From Verrucomicrobiota bacterium (GTDB lineage: Bacteria; Verrucomicrobiota; Verrucomicrobiia; Limisphaerales; Palsa-1400): 64,000 bases of DNA. A program made the translations under genes and the position numbers. Shown here in pieces: positions 39,241 to 48,740 of this stretch. The first letter of the stretch is position 1, and the number at the start of each line of letters is the position of its first letter. Location: assembly GCA_049517295.1 (NCBI GenBank), contig JBEKSF010000013.1:2087-66086 (forward strand). The letters are read 5' to 3'. The notes beneath the pieces were generated by a model. The model had not been told where the DNA came from and did no database searches. It saw nothing but the letters and a program-made list of their open reading frames with translations.

Positions 39241-40128
39241 GTGCAAACCTGCATCATCTTCAATCCCTCCGCCCGGGGGGAGAAGGCGGAAAGGTTCTGT
39301 TCGCGCCTTGTCCAACTTCATCCACAAGGGGTGCTCTGGCGCACGGGGGCGCAAGGGGATGCGCGCACGCTGGCGGCGCGAGCCGCGAGCGCGGGCTTTG
39401 CCACGGTTGTAGCGGCGGGAGGCGACGGAACGGCCAACGAGGTACTCAACGGCATCGCCGATGTCCCAAATGGCTTGGCGGTGGTGCGGCTGGGCATCCT
39501 GCCCTTGGGGACCGTCAATGTCTTTGCCCGCGAGCTGGGTGTGCCGAGGGATGTGGGCGGGGCGGTAAAGACGCTGGCGGCAGGCCGGGAAAGGACCATT
39601 GACGTGGGCCGTGTTGATTTCACATCCGGCGGCCGCCCGGAGAGGCGCTATTTTCTGCAACTGGCGGGCGCTGGAATCGATTCGCGATCGATCGAGCGAG
39701 TGAGTTGGACATTGAAAAAGAAGACCGGCCCGTTCGCGTATGTTGCGGCGGTCCTCCAAGTGCTGCCGGAGAAGGAGCCGCTGATCATCCTGGAAGGCGC
39801 CGGATCCATTTCCGGGGAACTTGTGCTGGTGGGCAACGGCCGGTTTTACGGGGGGAGTTTTCCGGTGTTTCCGAGCGCCGATATGCGGGACGGATTGCTG
39901 GATGTATGCGTGTTCCCAAAGATTTCACTCTGGAGCGCCATACACGTCACCGCCGCGCTGTTGACAGGAAGGCTTCACCGCCTGCGCACGGTCAGGCGCC
40001 TTCAATTGGCCAGCCTTCGGCTCAGCAGCGCCAGCAGGGTGGTTTTTCAGTTGGACGGTGAAAACGTTGGTGAGCTGCCTGCGACGTTCTCGGTCCAACC
40101 AAGGGCATTGCGGGTGGTGGTGCCGTAA
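39241..40128 (+). CDS. Diacylglycerol-kinase-family lipid kinase (YegS/BmrU)
   Basis: IFNPSAR, AAGGDGTANEV, LPLGTVNVFAREL, GRFYGG, QLDGE. Confidence 0.92.
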   Translation: MQTCIIFNPSARGEKAERFCSRLVQLHPQGVLWRTGAQGDARTLAARAASAGFATVVAAGGDGTANEVLNGIADVPNGLAVVRLGILPLGTVNVFARELGVPRDVGGAVKTLAAGRERTIDVGRVDFTSGGRPERRYFLQLAGAGIDSRSIERVSWTLKKKTGPFAYVAAVLQVLPEKEPLIILEGAGSISGELVLVGNGRFYGGSFPVFPSADMRDGLLDVCVFPKISLWSAIHVTAALLTGRLHRLRTVRRLQLASLRLSSASRVVFQLDGENVGELPATFSVQPRALRVVVP

Positions 40129-40172
40129 CTTTGGTTTTGAAATTTGGCAACCTTGACCTGTAAACTCATCAA

Positions 40173-40856
40173 ATGAAACACACAGGGAAAGCGCGGCGGG
40201 CGGGAGTCAAGTTGATTTTCTGGCCGTTGCTCGCGGTCCTCGCGGCCGGCGGGCTTGCCGTGCTGCTGGGGTGGCCGGGCTGGATGGGCGGGCTGGCGGT
40301 GGTATTGGCGGCGCTCTGGCTGGTTTATTCCGGTTTCACCCTCTACTTCTTTCGCGACCCGGACGCCCGCACGCCGGCGGGGGCTGGATTGGCCGTGTCC
40401 CCGGGCCACGGCAAGGTGGATGTCATCGAGCAACTGGCCGAGTCCCAGTTTCCCGGCGGGCCGTGTCATCGCATCTCGATCTTCCTGTCGGTCATCGACG
40501 TGCATGTGCAAAACGCCCCCATCAGCGGGAGCGTTGCGTGTGTCACCCATACGCCGGGGCGGTTTCTGAGCGCGCTGCGGGCCGAGTGCGCGCTGCACAA
40601 CGAGAATGTCCTCATCGGTTTCAATTCAACGGAAACTCCCGGCGAAAAGATCGGGCTGCGGCTCATAGCCGGCGTGCTGGCGCGGCGCATTGTCCCCTTT
40701 GTGGCGGCCGGTGATCGGTTGGAGCGGGGGGAGCGAATCAGCCTCATTCAATTCGGATCCAGATGCGATCTTTACCTGCCGCTGGAGTATAAGGTCAAAG
40801 TCAGGCTGGGGGACAAAGTGGTGGGAGGGGAGACGATCGTGGCCGCCAAATCGTAG
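40173..40856 (+). CDS. psd: Phosphatidylserine decarboxylase proenzyme
   Basis: FFRDPD, SIFLS..DVHV..AP, IAGVLARRI, FGSRCD autocleavage motif. Confidence 0.93.
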   Translation: MKHTGKARRAGVKLIFWPLLAVLAAGGLAVLLGWPGWMGGLAVVLAALWLVYSGFTLYFFRDPDARTPAGAGLAVSPGHGKVDVIEQLAESQFPGGPCHRISIFLSVIDVHVQNAPISGSVACVTHTPGRFLSALRAECALHNENVLIGFNSTETPGEKIGLRLIAGVLARRIVPFVAAGDRLERGERISLIQFGSRCDLYLPLEYKVKVRLGDKVVGGETIVAAKS

Positions 40857-40861
40857 CCGAT

Positions 40862-41731
40862 ATGGAAAAGCGCGACCACGAGCCAGAAACGGAGAAGGGG
40901 GATCCCGTTTTTAAGATTTATTTTCTGCCCAACCTGATGACGGCGGGAAACCTGTTCTGCGGGTTTGTGGCGCTGACCAAGATCGTGGAGGCGAAGGTGG
41001 GCCAGCCTGGCAGTTCAGGGGAGATCAAGTTCGCGCTGGCGTTTATTCTGCTGGCCTGTATATGCGATTTGCTGGACGGCCGCCTGGCCCGCATGGGGGG
41101 AGTGGAAAGCCCCTTTGGGCGCGAATTCGATTCGCTGGCGGACTTGATTTCGTTCGGGGCGGCGCCGGCGTTTTTGGTGCATCGCGTCGTATTGCACCAA
41201 GTGTTTTCAGATCATCCGGAAATTGGCTGGTTTGTCGCCTCGATTTACCTCATCTGCGGCGCGTTGCGGCTGGCGCGCTTCAATTGCCTGGCGGCCCTGG
41301 AGGAGGGAGGCGGAGGGAAGGAATTTGTGGGATTCCCGATTCCCGCGGCGGCGGGGCTGGTGGCGTCGTTGACGTTGTTTTTGCTCTGGGGCGACCAGGC
41401 CGATCAAGACCTTTCCCACGGGCCGTGGCGGTTTATCCTGCCTGGGCTGCTGCTGTTCCTTTCCTTCATGATGGTGAGCGAGGTGAAATACCCGTCGTTC
41501 AAGACGCTGGATTTGCGGGCGCGGCGGACATTTCCCAAGACGGTAGTGGTCATTATATTTGCCGCGGCGCTGGTCATTTTGCGGGGATTGATACTGCCCA
41601 TAGTGTTGCCGGCGATGTTCACCCTTTACCTGCTTTACGGATTCATTCGTCCCCGCATTTCGCGCAAGGTCCGGCACGAGATCGAAGAAGAAGAAGAGGA
41701 CATGGGCGACGGTCCGACGCCCTACACCTGA
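40862..41731 (+). CDS. pssA: CDP-diacylglycerol--serine O-phosphatidyltransferase
   Basis: LPNLMT, DLLDGRLAR...FGREFDSLADLISFG, LRLARFN; adjacent to psd. Confidence 0.92.
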   Translation: MEKRDHEPETEKGDPVFKIYFLPNLMTAGNLFCGFVALTKIVEAKVGQPGSSGEIKFALAFILLACICDLLDGRLARMGGVESPFGREFDSLADLISFGAAPAFLVHRVVLHQVFSDHPEIGWFVASIYLICGALRLARFNCLAALEEGGGGKEFVGFPIPAAAGLVASLTLFLLWGDQADQDLSHGPWRFILPGLLLFLSFMMVSEVKYPSFKTLDLRARRTFPKTVVVIIFAAALVILRGLILPIVLPAMFTLYLLYGFIRPRISRKVRHEIEEEEEDMGDGPTPYT

Positions 41732-41732
41732 C

Positions 41733-42401
41733 ATGCTGGGCCAACATCCTTTGCTGCTGGCGGCGTTGACGGGATTGCTGAGCGGCTTCATCCTGTCGGT
41801 GCCGGTTGGCCCGGTCAACCTGACGATCATCAACGAAGGAGCGCGGCGCGGGCTGCTTTGGGCGACGATGATTGGATTGGGCGCCACGGCGATGGAGGTG
41901 CTGTATTGCGCGCTGGCCTTCACCGGCTTCGCGTCGTTTTTCGACGGGAAGGTGATCAAGGCGGCGATGGAACTGGGCAGCTTTGTTTTTATGCTTTACC
42001 TTGGCATCCGGTTTTTGAACGCCCACACCATCGAGGCGGTGGCCCCGGTGGAGGACCGGCTCAAAGACAGGCTGCATCCGCGTTCGGCGTTCGCGATTGG
42101 ATTTGTGCGAGTGATGGGCAATCCGGGGGTGTTTCTATTCTGGATTGTGCTGGCGGCCAACTTCAAGTCGCGCGATTGGGTTGGAGCCAGCGGGGGCGAC
42201 GTCTGTTCGTGCGTGGCCGGAGTGGCCGGGGGAACCAATCTGTGGTTTACCAGCTTAAGTTACGCGGTCTCCCGCGGCCACGGAAAATTCACCGAGCGCA
42301 CGCTGCTGCGCATGGAGCACGTTTCCGGTATATGCCTGTTGCTGCTGGCATTTGTCCAAGGCGCCCACATCGTGTGGCAAATGACCCACCATCAAATTTA
42401 A
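41733..42401 (+). CDS. LysE-family translocator
   Basis: SVPVGPVN motif; about six TMs. Confidence 0.85.
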   Translation: MLGQHPLLLAALTGLLSGFILSVPVGPVNLTIINEGARRGLLWATMIGLGATAMEVLYCALAFTGFASFFDGKVIKAAMELGSFVFMLYLGIRFLNAHTIEAVAPVEDRLKDRLHPRSAFAIGFVRVMGNPGVFLFWIVLAANFKSRDWVGASGGDVCSCVAGVAGGTNLWFTSLSYAVSRGHGKFTERTLLRMEHVSGICLLLLAFVQGAHIVWQMTHHQI

Positions 42402-42425
42402 ACCGGAGGGCCGGGAGAAAGACTC

Positions 42426-43067
42426 TCAGTGCCGGCGGTGGCGGCGCATGATTTGGACGAACTGGCGGGCCAGGCGCGTCAATTCCGCCCAATCCTGGTC
42501 GCGCAAGATTTTGGGTGACACCAAGTGGGAACCGACGCCCAGGGCCACGCAACCAACGGCCAGGAATTCCGGCGCACTTTCCAGCGTCACTCCGCTGGTG
42601 GGGATGATTTTCAAATGTGGCAGCGGGGCGCGCATGGCTTTGATGAATGCCGGCCCATCGGCGGGAAAGATTTTGACGAAGTCGGCCCCAGCTTCGTATG
42701 CCAATTGCGCCTCCGTCGGGGAGAGGGCGCCCAAGACGACGACGCGCCCGGCGGCTTTGGCGACGCGCGCGATTTGCGGGCGCATAATGGGCGTGACGAC
42801 GAAACTGGCGCCCGCCTTGATCGCGGCCCGGCACATTTGGGGAGTGGTGACCGAACCCACGCCGGTGATGGCCTGGGGGGCGAACCGTTTGGCGGCCTCT
42901 CGAATGCACTCCAGGGCATCGGGGGTGGTCATGGTGATTTCCAGGGCGGTGACGCCCCCCTCGACCAGCGCCTGACAGGCGGACATGACGTGGGCGGAGT
43001 CGTCGGCGCGGATGATGGGAATGATCCCCGGCTCCAGGAGCCGCGAAATGATTTGGGAGTGAGACAT
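42426..43067 (-). CDS. eda: KDPG/KHG aldolase
   Basis: PIIR, EITMTTP, PTEA, VKIFPA, PTSGV. Confidence 0.92.
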   Translation of the reverse strand: MSHSQIISRLLEPGIIPIIRADDSAHVMSACQALVEGGVTALEITMTTPDALECIREAAKRFAPQAITGVGSVTTPQMCRAAIKAGASFVVTPIMRPQIARVAKAAGRVVVLGALSPTEAQLAYEAGADFVKIFPADGPAFIKAMRAPLPHLKIIPTSGVTLESAPEFLAVGCVALGVGSHLVSPKILRDQDWAELTRLARQFVQIMRRHRRH

Positions 43068-43130
43068 CACCAGGGGAGAATAAATTCAGCGCGCCGGGCG
43101 GCAAGATCAATGTGATTGGGTTTCAGGCCC

Positions 43131-44186
43131 TCAGCCGCCAATGCAACTCATCGTCCGTTCGGGCTGGACAAATTCCTTTTCGCCGATGTGGTGGCGGGCT
43201 TCCTTTTGCCAGACGACGGCGCGGAGGAAATCGACGATGGCCTGGTCGGAGGCGCCGGAGCGGAGCAACCGGCTCAGATCATGATCGGTCATGCTGAAGA
43301 GGCAGGTGCGGATTTTGCCCTCGGCCGTGAGGCGGAGGCGATTGCAATGGCCGCAGAAAGGCTGGCTGACCGGGGCAATAATGCCAATTTCGGCGTCCGC
43401 GCCCGGCACCGTCCAGCGTTGGGCCGTTTCGGCCGGGTTCAACGAGACCAGCGGTTCGAGGAGGAACCGTTTGCGAATGCGGTCGAGGATTTCGTGCGCG
43501 GTGACCACCAAATCCCTGTGCCAGGCGCGGCCGGAGTCCAGGGGCATGAATTCAATGAAGCGCAGGGCGAGATTCTTGTTGACTGCAAACTGGACCAGAG
43601 ACTCGATCTCGTGGTCGTTGATGCCGCGGATGAGCACGGTGTTGACTTTAACCGGGTGCAGTCCCAATTCCCGCGCCAGGTCAATGCTTTGCAGGACGGC
43701 TTCCAAGCCGTCGCGCCCGGTGATTTTTTTGAAGTTCCGCGGGTCCAGCGAATCGAGGCTAAAGCTGACGCGGCGCAGCCCGGCGTCGCGGAGGGCGGGG
43801 CCTTTGCGAGGGAACAAGAAGCCGTTGGTGGTCAGTGCCAGGTCGCGGACAGCGGGGATGCGGGCGATTTTTTCCACGAGGACTTCGATCTGCTGGCGCA
43901 ATAGCGGTTCGCCGCCAGTCAAGCGGATTTTGTCGATGCCCAGGGCCGCGGCGATGGTGACGACGCGTTCGATTTCCTCGAAAGACAGAAGGACGGCATG
44001 GTGGAGCCATTGGCGGGTGACGCGGGTGGCGGCATCGGGCGCGCGGCCGAAACGGTTCTGGTAAAAATTGGCGGCTTCCTCCGTCTCCGGCAGGCAGTAG
44101 AGACAGCGGAAATTGCAACGGTCCGTGACGCTAACGCGCAGGTCGCGCAGGACACGCCCATGCGAATCGACTAGTGTGTCGGGCAT
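43131..44186 (-). CDS. moaA: GTP 3',8-cyclase
   Basis: LRVSVTDRCNFRCLYC, RLTGGEPLLR, CGHCNRLRLT...CL, C-terminal IGG. Confidence 0.96.
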   Translation of the reverse strand: MPDTLVDSHGRVLRDLRVSVTDRCNFRCLYCLPETEEAANFYQNRFGRAPDAATRVTRQWLHHAVLLSFEEIERVVTIAAALGIDKIRLTGGEPLLRQQIEVLVEKIARIPAVRDLALTTNGFLFPRKGPALRDAGLRRVSFSLDSLDPRNFKKITGRDGLEAVLQSIDLARELGLHPVKVNTVLIRGINDHEIESLVQFAVNKNLALRFIEFMPLDSGRAWHRDLVVTAHEILDRIRKRFLLEPLVSLNPAETAQRWTVPGADAEIGIIAPVSQPFCGHCNRLRLTAEGKIRTCLFSMTDHDLSRLLRSGASDQAIVDFLRAVVWQKEARHHIGEKEFVQPERTMSCIGG

Positions 44187-44198
44187 CAAGTCTGGCGT

Positions 44199-44987
44199 TT
44201 ATTTGGCGGAAGAGTTGGTCGGGACGGGTTCCTGGATTTTAACTCCGCCGCTCTGCCTGAGTTCAACTTTGGTGCTGACATTGGTGTCGGGAGGCGGGGG
44301 CGAGGTGTGGTCGATCAGGCGCTGGCCGCCTTTTTCACCGAAGTTGTAAAGGCCGCGGCGGATCCAGTCCAGTCTGCGGGCCTCGGCCAATTCGGCCTTG
44401 AGCTTGTGCAGTTGTTTGCGCACGGCGGCAAGGTCGTTGAATTTGCGTTCCAAGTCTTCCTTTTGGTCCCGCAACTGTTTTAGCTCCGTCAGAAGCAAGG
44501 CGCGGTCGCCCTCCGAACTGTCGAGCTTTTTCTGAGTGGCGGTGATGCGGGTATCGAGGTCGGAAATTTTGGCGCGCAACTCCGTGGCTTCTTTGTCCAA
44601 GTCCTGGTTCTGGCTTTCGAGATCGGAAATCTTCTTGTCACGTTTGGCCAGTTCCGCCGCGGTGGATTCGGTCTGGGCTTTGGCATCGGACTGGGCCTTT
44701 TCCAAATCGGCCTGGATGCTATGGACATTGGCCTGGGCCAGGGCGAGCTTGTTGGAGTATTCGAGCCGCTCGGCGCGGATGGCGGCCAGATTGGTTTCCA
44801 GGGCCTGGTTGACCGATTGCAGTTCCGCCAGACTGGACTTGACGCTGACGACGGTGTTGGAAAGGGAACTGATGCTGGCCTCGGCGTCCTTTTTTTCCTG
44901 GCGGGCCTTGTTATTGACGACAATCAAACCCACGCTCAGGCCGACGGCGACGATGAGCATGACAATAAAGGGGGCCTTGTCTTTCAT
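44199..44987 (-). CDS. Membrane-anchored coiled-coil hypothetical protein
   Basis: MKDKAPFIVMLIVAVGLSVGLIVV TM followed by long heptad repeats; the upstream part of the listed ORF is antisense to the LON-N gene. Confidence 0.8.
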   Translation of the reverse strand: MKDKAPFIVMLIVAVGLSVGLIVVNNKARQEKKDAEASISSLSNTVVSVKSSLAELQSVNQALETNLAAIRAERLEYSNKLALAQANVHSIQADLEKAQSDAKAQTESTAAELAKRDKKISDLESQNQDLDKEATELRAKISDLDTRITATQKKLDSSEGDRALLLTELKQLRDQKEDLERKFNDLAAVRKQLHKLKAELAEARRLDWIRRGLYNFGEKGGQRLIDHTSPPPPDTNVSTKVELRQSGGVKIQEPVPTNSSAK

Positions 44988-45074
44988 AATTGGGGAGAAT
45001 GCTCGCAAGATGAGGGATTTGGCAAGCTCTATGTCTCCCTTGAACAATTGGACGGTTGAGCCTACAGTAAATTC

Positions 45075-45719
45075 ATGGATATTCCGAGCCAGGCGCCCGT
45101 CATGACGCTGCCCAGCGTGACGCTTTTTCCGCGGGCGCTGTTGCCGCTGCACATTTTTGAGCCGCGCTACCGGCGGATGCTCGACGAGGCGCTGGGTTCG
45201 CATCGGATGCTCATTGTGGCTATGCGCAAACCGGGAAGCGCGAGGGAGGTCCCGTGCAGCGTGGCGGGGCTGGGTGTGGTGAGGGTCTGTGTGCGCAATA
45301 ACGACGGCACGGCGCATTTGATTCTGCAAGGCATCACGCGGGTGGAATTGACGCGGACGGTCCGCCAAAAGCCGTATCGGGTCAGCCGGATTCGGATGCT
45401 GCCCACGCCCAGCCGGGACAGCGTGGCCATCGACGCCTTGATGGCCAAGGTGCGCGACCTTGTCACAGAGCGGATCGAGCAGGAATTGCCGTTGATGGAA
45501 CAGGCCACGAAACCATTCTCTGTCAAGGAGATCGTGGCCTCGCTGGACCAATTGAACGATCCGGACCGGGTGGCGGATTTGGTGACCTGGTCGCTGTTGC
45601 GCGGGGCGGTGGAGAGGCAAACGATACTGGAGACGATCGAGGTGGAACCGCGGCTCAAGCACTTGATTCATTTTTTGATGGAGGAGATACGTCAACAACA
45701 AAAATATAGAAGCAAATGA
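45075..45719 (+). CDS. LON peptidase N-terminal substrate-binding domain protein
   Basis: LFPRALLPLHIFEPRYRRML motif; no ATPase or protease domain. Confidence 0.88.
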   Translation: MDIPSQAPVMTLPSVTLFPRALLPLHIFEPRYRRMLDEALGSHRMLIVAMRKPGSAREVPCSVAGLGVVRVCVRNNDGTAHLILQGITRVELTRTVRQKPYRVSRIRMLPTPSRDSVAIDALMAKVRDLVTERIEQELPLMEQATKPFSVKEIVASLDQLNDPDRVADLVTWSLLRGAVERQTILETIEVEPRLKHLIHFLMEEIRQQQKYRSK

Positions 45720-46180
45720 ACACCGCACCTTCCGAGGCCGGCGCCGCCGCCGGGCCTCAAACGCTGATGTCGGCCATGTTCGCCGGGCTGGTGATGCAGA
45801 GCACCAACATGGCGCTGATCTTTCTGGGCCAGACGCCCAACCCGCAGACGGGACAAACGGCCCAGGACCTGGACAACGCCCGCTACTTCATCGACCAACT
45901 GGAGATGCTTGAGGCCAAGACCAAGGGCAACCTCAACAAGCAGGAGGAGAGCCTGTTGAAACAGAGCCTGACCAACCTGCGAATGGCGTTTGTCGAGGCG
46001 GTAGAACATCCCATGGCCGCGCCCAAGGCCGGCCCGGAAGCCGCGGCGCAAGAGACCCCGCCCACTGCCCCCGCCACCGACGAGCAGGAAACGCCCGTTG
46101 TCGAGCCGGTTCTGCCGGGTGAGCGCCCGGGGGCGGCCGGCGACACGGAGCCGCGGAAGAAATTCTCGAAGAAGTACTGA
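45716..46180 (+). CDS. DUF1844-family protein
   Basis: ALIFLGQTPNP...ARYFIDQLEMLEAKTKGNL. Confidence 0.85.
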   Translation: MNTAPSEAGAAAGPQTLMSAMFAGLVMQSTNMALIFLGQTPNPQTGQTAQDLDNARYFIDQLEMLEAKTKGNLNKQEESLLKQSLTNLRMAFVEAVEHPMAAPKAGPEAAAQETPPTAPATDEQETPVVEPVLPGERPGAAGDTEPRKKFSKKY

Positions 46181-46311
46181 GCGTTGCATTCGGGTAGGCC
46201 AGACTCGGGAGCCAGCGGGGGCCAAATAGAGTTGAGAAGACCTCTTTGAATCGAGTTTGCGGGGGCGATTTTTCGTTCAGGTCCGGCGCTCGTGAATCGT
46301 AAGTGCCGACC

Positions 46312-47361
46312 TCAGTCCCCGGCCGCCTTGGCGATGATCTCGACGGCGCGCCGGATGTCTTCGGCGGTGACCATCAGGTTCGTCACGGCGCGGAGGGTGA
46401 GGCGGTCGGCGGCCAACACCAGCACGCCGCGTGCGCGAAGGCGCTCGACAACCACCTGCACGGGGGTGCCAGGCAGACGGAAACGGACCATGTTGGTTTC
46501 CACTTCACTCGGCGCCACGTCCAACTCGAACCCTTTGCAATGACTGATGCCCTCGGCCAGGGCTTTGGCATTGGCATGGTCTTCGACCAAGCGGGCGCGG
46601 TGGTTTCTCAAGGCGAAGAGCGCCCCGGCGGCAATGATCCCGGCTTGCCGCATCCCGCCGCCAAACATTTTGCGAAAACGCCTGGCGCGCGCTACGAACG
46701 CCTTTGATCCAACAAGGGCGGAACCAACCGGCGCGCCAAGGCCCTTGGAAAAACAGACGCTGACCGAGTCAAAGGGCGCCGCCCAGCGGCTTTCGGCAAT
46801 TCCGGTCGCCACTGCCGCGTTCCAGAGACGCGCCCCGTCCAGGTGCAATTGAAGTTCATGACGGCGCGCGGCGTCGGCAACATCCTGGATCTGCTCCAGC
46901 GTCCAGATTTTGCCGCCGCCGCGATTGTGGGTGTTCTCGACGCAGACCAGGCGGGAGCGGGGAAAGTGCGAATCCGAGGGGCGCAAAGCGGCTTCGAGGT
47001 CCGAGCCGTTGAAGATGCCGCGCCGGCCCGGCAGAGGGCGGCACATGACCCCGCTCAAGGCGGCCGGAGCGCCGGCTTCGTAATAATAAAGGTGGGCGTT
47101 GGCTTCCACCAATAGCTCATCCCCAGGCTCTGTGTGGGAGCGGACGGCAAGCTGATTGGCCATCGTGCCGGAAGGGGTGAACAAGGCCGCCTCTTTGCCG
47201 AGCAAGGCGGCTGTTTCGGCTTCCAGTTCCTTCACCGTTGGGTCCTCACCAAAGACGTCGTCGCCGACCTCCGCGCGGGTCATCGCCTCGCGCATGGCGG
47301 GCGTTGGTTTGGTGACTGTGTCACTGCGAAGATCAATCGGTCGGGAAATATCGGCAGTCAT
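46312..47361 (-). CDS. ltaE: Low-specificity L-threonine aldolase
   Basis: [47 protein letters not shown]. Confidence 0.95.
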   Translation of the reverse strand: MTADISRPIDLRSDTVTKPTPAMREAMTRAEVGDDVFGEDPTVKELEAETAALLGKEAALFTPSGTMANQLAVRSHTEPGDELLVEANAHLYYYEAGAPAALSGVMCRPLPGRRGIFNGSDLEAALRPSDSHFPRSRLVCVENTHNRGGGKIWTLEQIQDVADAARRHELQLHLDGARLWNAAVATGIAESRWAAPFDSVSVCFSKGLGAPVGSALVGSKAFVARARRFRKMFGGGMRQAGIIAAGALFALRNHRARLVEDHANAKALAEGISHCKGFELDVAPSEVETNMVRFRLPGTPVQVVVERLRARGVLVLAADRLTLRAVTNLMVTAEDIRRAVEIIAKAAGD

Positions 47362-47587
47362 AATTTGAACCGCAAACTAGCCGCGCGCCGCCCGAACGAA
47401 AAGACAAATCCCCGGAGGTTGGCGGCCAAGCGTTTCCGTTGAGCAATCCGCTGACCGGTCTGGCAGCCTGGCGCCAACCGCCATTATCAATCATCGCCTT
47501 CAACAGATTTGGCGCGGCGCCAGGCGGGAGCAAAGATCCGTTGGAATCGGGCGAGCGGCTGGTGGAGGTCGCAGGTGTGGATTGGGA

Positions 47588-48670
47588 TTATGGAGAAGCG
47601 GTGGAAAGCTTGTAGATGACGGTGTGGTGATAGACCTGGCCGGGCTTGAGCACGACGGTGGGGAAATTGGGATGGTTGGGGGAATCCGGGAAATTCTGCG
47701 GCTCGAGACAAAAACCGGTGCGGCGGCGGTAAACCTGACCTCCTTTGCCCTTGATGGCGCCGTCGAGGTGGTTGCCGCTGTAAAACTGGACGCCGGGCCA
47801 GGTCGCCAGCACTTCCAACACGCGGCCAGTGGACGGTTCGGCGACGCGGGCGATGAGGTCCAAGCGGCCCATCGGGTGGTTGAGGACAAAATTGTGATCG
47901 TAGCCGAGGCCGGATTTGAGTTGCGGGTCGTCGGCCTCGATGCGGGCGCCAATGGGAGTGGGGCGGCGGAAATCGAAAGGTGTGCCGGCGACGGGGCGGA
48001 GTTCGCCGGTGGGAATGAGCGTGCTGTCCGCCGGAGTGAAACGGTCGGCGTCGATCCAGACTTGGTGACCCAGGACATCGCCCTTGGCGGCCAGATTGAA
48101 ATAGGAATGCTGAGTCAAGTTGACAATCGTGTCCTTGTCGGTGGTCGCGGTGTAATCCAGGCGCAAACCATTGTCGGGGCCCAGCGCATAGACGGCTTTA
48201 ACGGAAAGGTTGCCGGGGAATCCTTCCTCGCCATCTTTGCTGTCGTAAGTCAACTCCAGGGCGGGTCCGAGGGGAGAGCGGGCGGTGGCGGCGCGCCAGA
48301 CGACTTTGTCGAAGCCTTTGATGCCGCCGTGGAGGGAGTTTGGACCGTCGTTCGCGGCCAGAGAATAGGGCACGCCGTTCAAGGTGAATTTGGCGCCGGC
48401 AATGCGATTGCCGTAACGGCCAATCAGCGCGCCGAAGTACGGGCTGAGGGCGAGGTAGCCGTCCAGATGGTCGTAACCGAGGACGACGTCGGCGAGGTTG
48501 CCCTGGCGATCCGGCGCGAGGAACGAGACAACAATGCCGCCATAGTTGCAGATGCGGACCTCGACGCCATTGGGGTTGCGGAAGGTGAAGAGATCGACGG
48601 GCGAGCCGTCTGGGGCTTTGCCAAACGGGGTCTTGGTGAGAACCGTGCCGGGATTTTCAGAGCTGTGCAT
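47588..48670 (-). CDS. galM: Aldose 1-epimerase
   Basis: GRYGNRI, LHGG, NLTQHSYFNL, GYDHNF, GFCLEPQ.FPD. Confidence 0.95.
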   Translation of the reverse strand: MHSSENPGTVLTKTPFGKAPDGSPVDLFTFRNPNGVEVRICNYGGIVVSFLAPDRQGNLADVVLGYDHLDGYLALSPYFGALIGRYGNRIAGAKFTLNGVPYSLAANDGPNSLHGGIKGFDKVVWRAATARSPLGPALELTYDSKDGEEGFPGNLSVKAVYALGPDNGLRLDYTATTDKDTIVNLTQHSYFNLAAKGDVLGHQVWIDADRFTPADSTLIPTGELRPVAGTPFDFRRPTPIGARIEADDPQLKSGLGYDHNFVLNHPMGRLDLIARVAEPSTGRVLEVLATWPGVQFYSGNHLDGAIKGKGGQVYRRRTGFCLEPQNFPDSPNHPNFPTVVLKPGQVYHHTVIYKLSTASP

Positions 48671-48740
48671 ATCTTTAATAAGGCTTAAAAAGTAAAGCCA
48701 ATCGGGCGAACAAGTCAAGCCGGGGGCGTTTGGATTGGGT

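Noticed and set aside
44988-45728. N-terminal half of the 509-aa ORF
   Set aside because: Antisense to the LON-N gene; the TM-start MKDKAPF at 44987 is more plausible.
47467-47524. Inverted repeat CCTGGCGCC...GGCGCCAGG between galM and ltaE
   Set aside because: Short GC-rich arms with a long spacer, single copy; compatible with chance.
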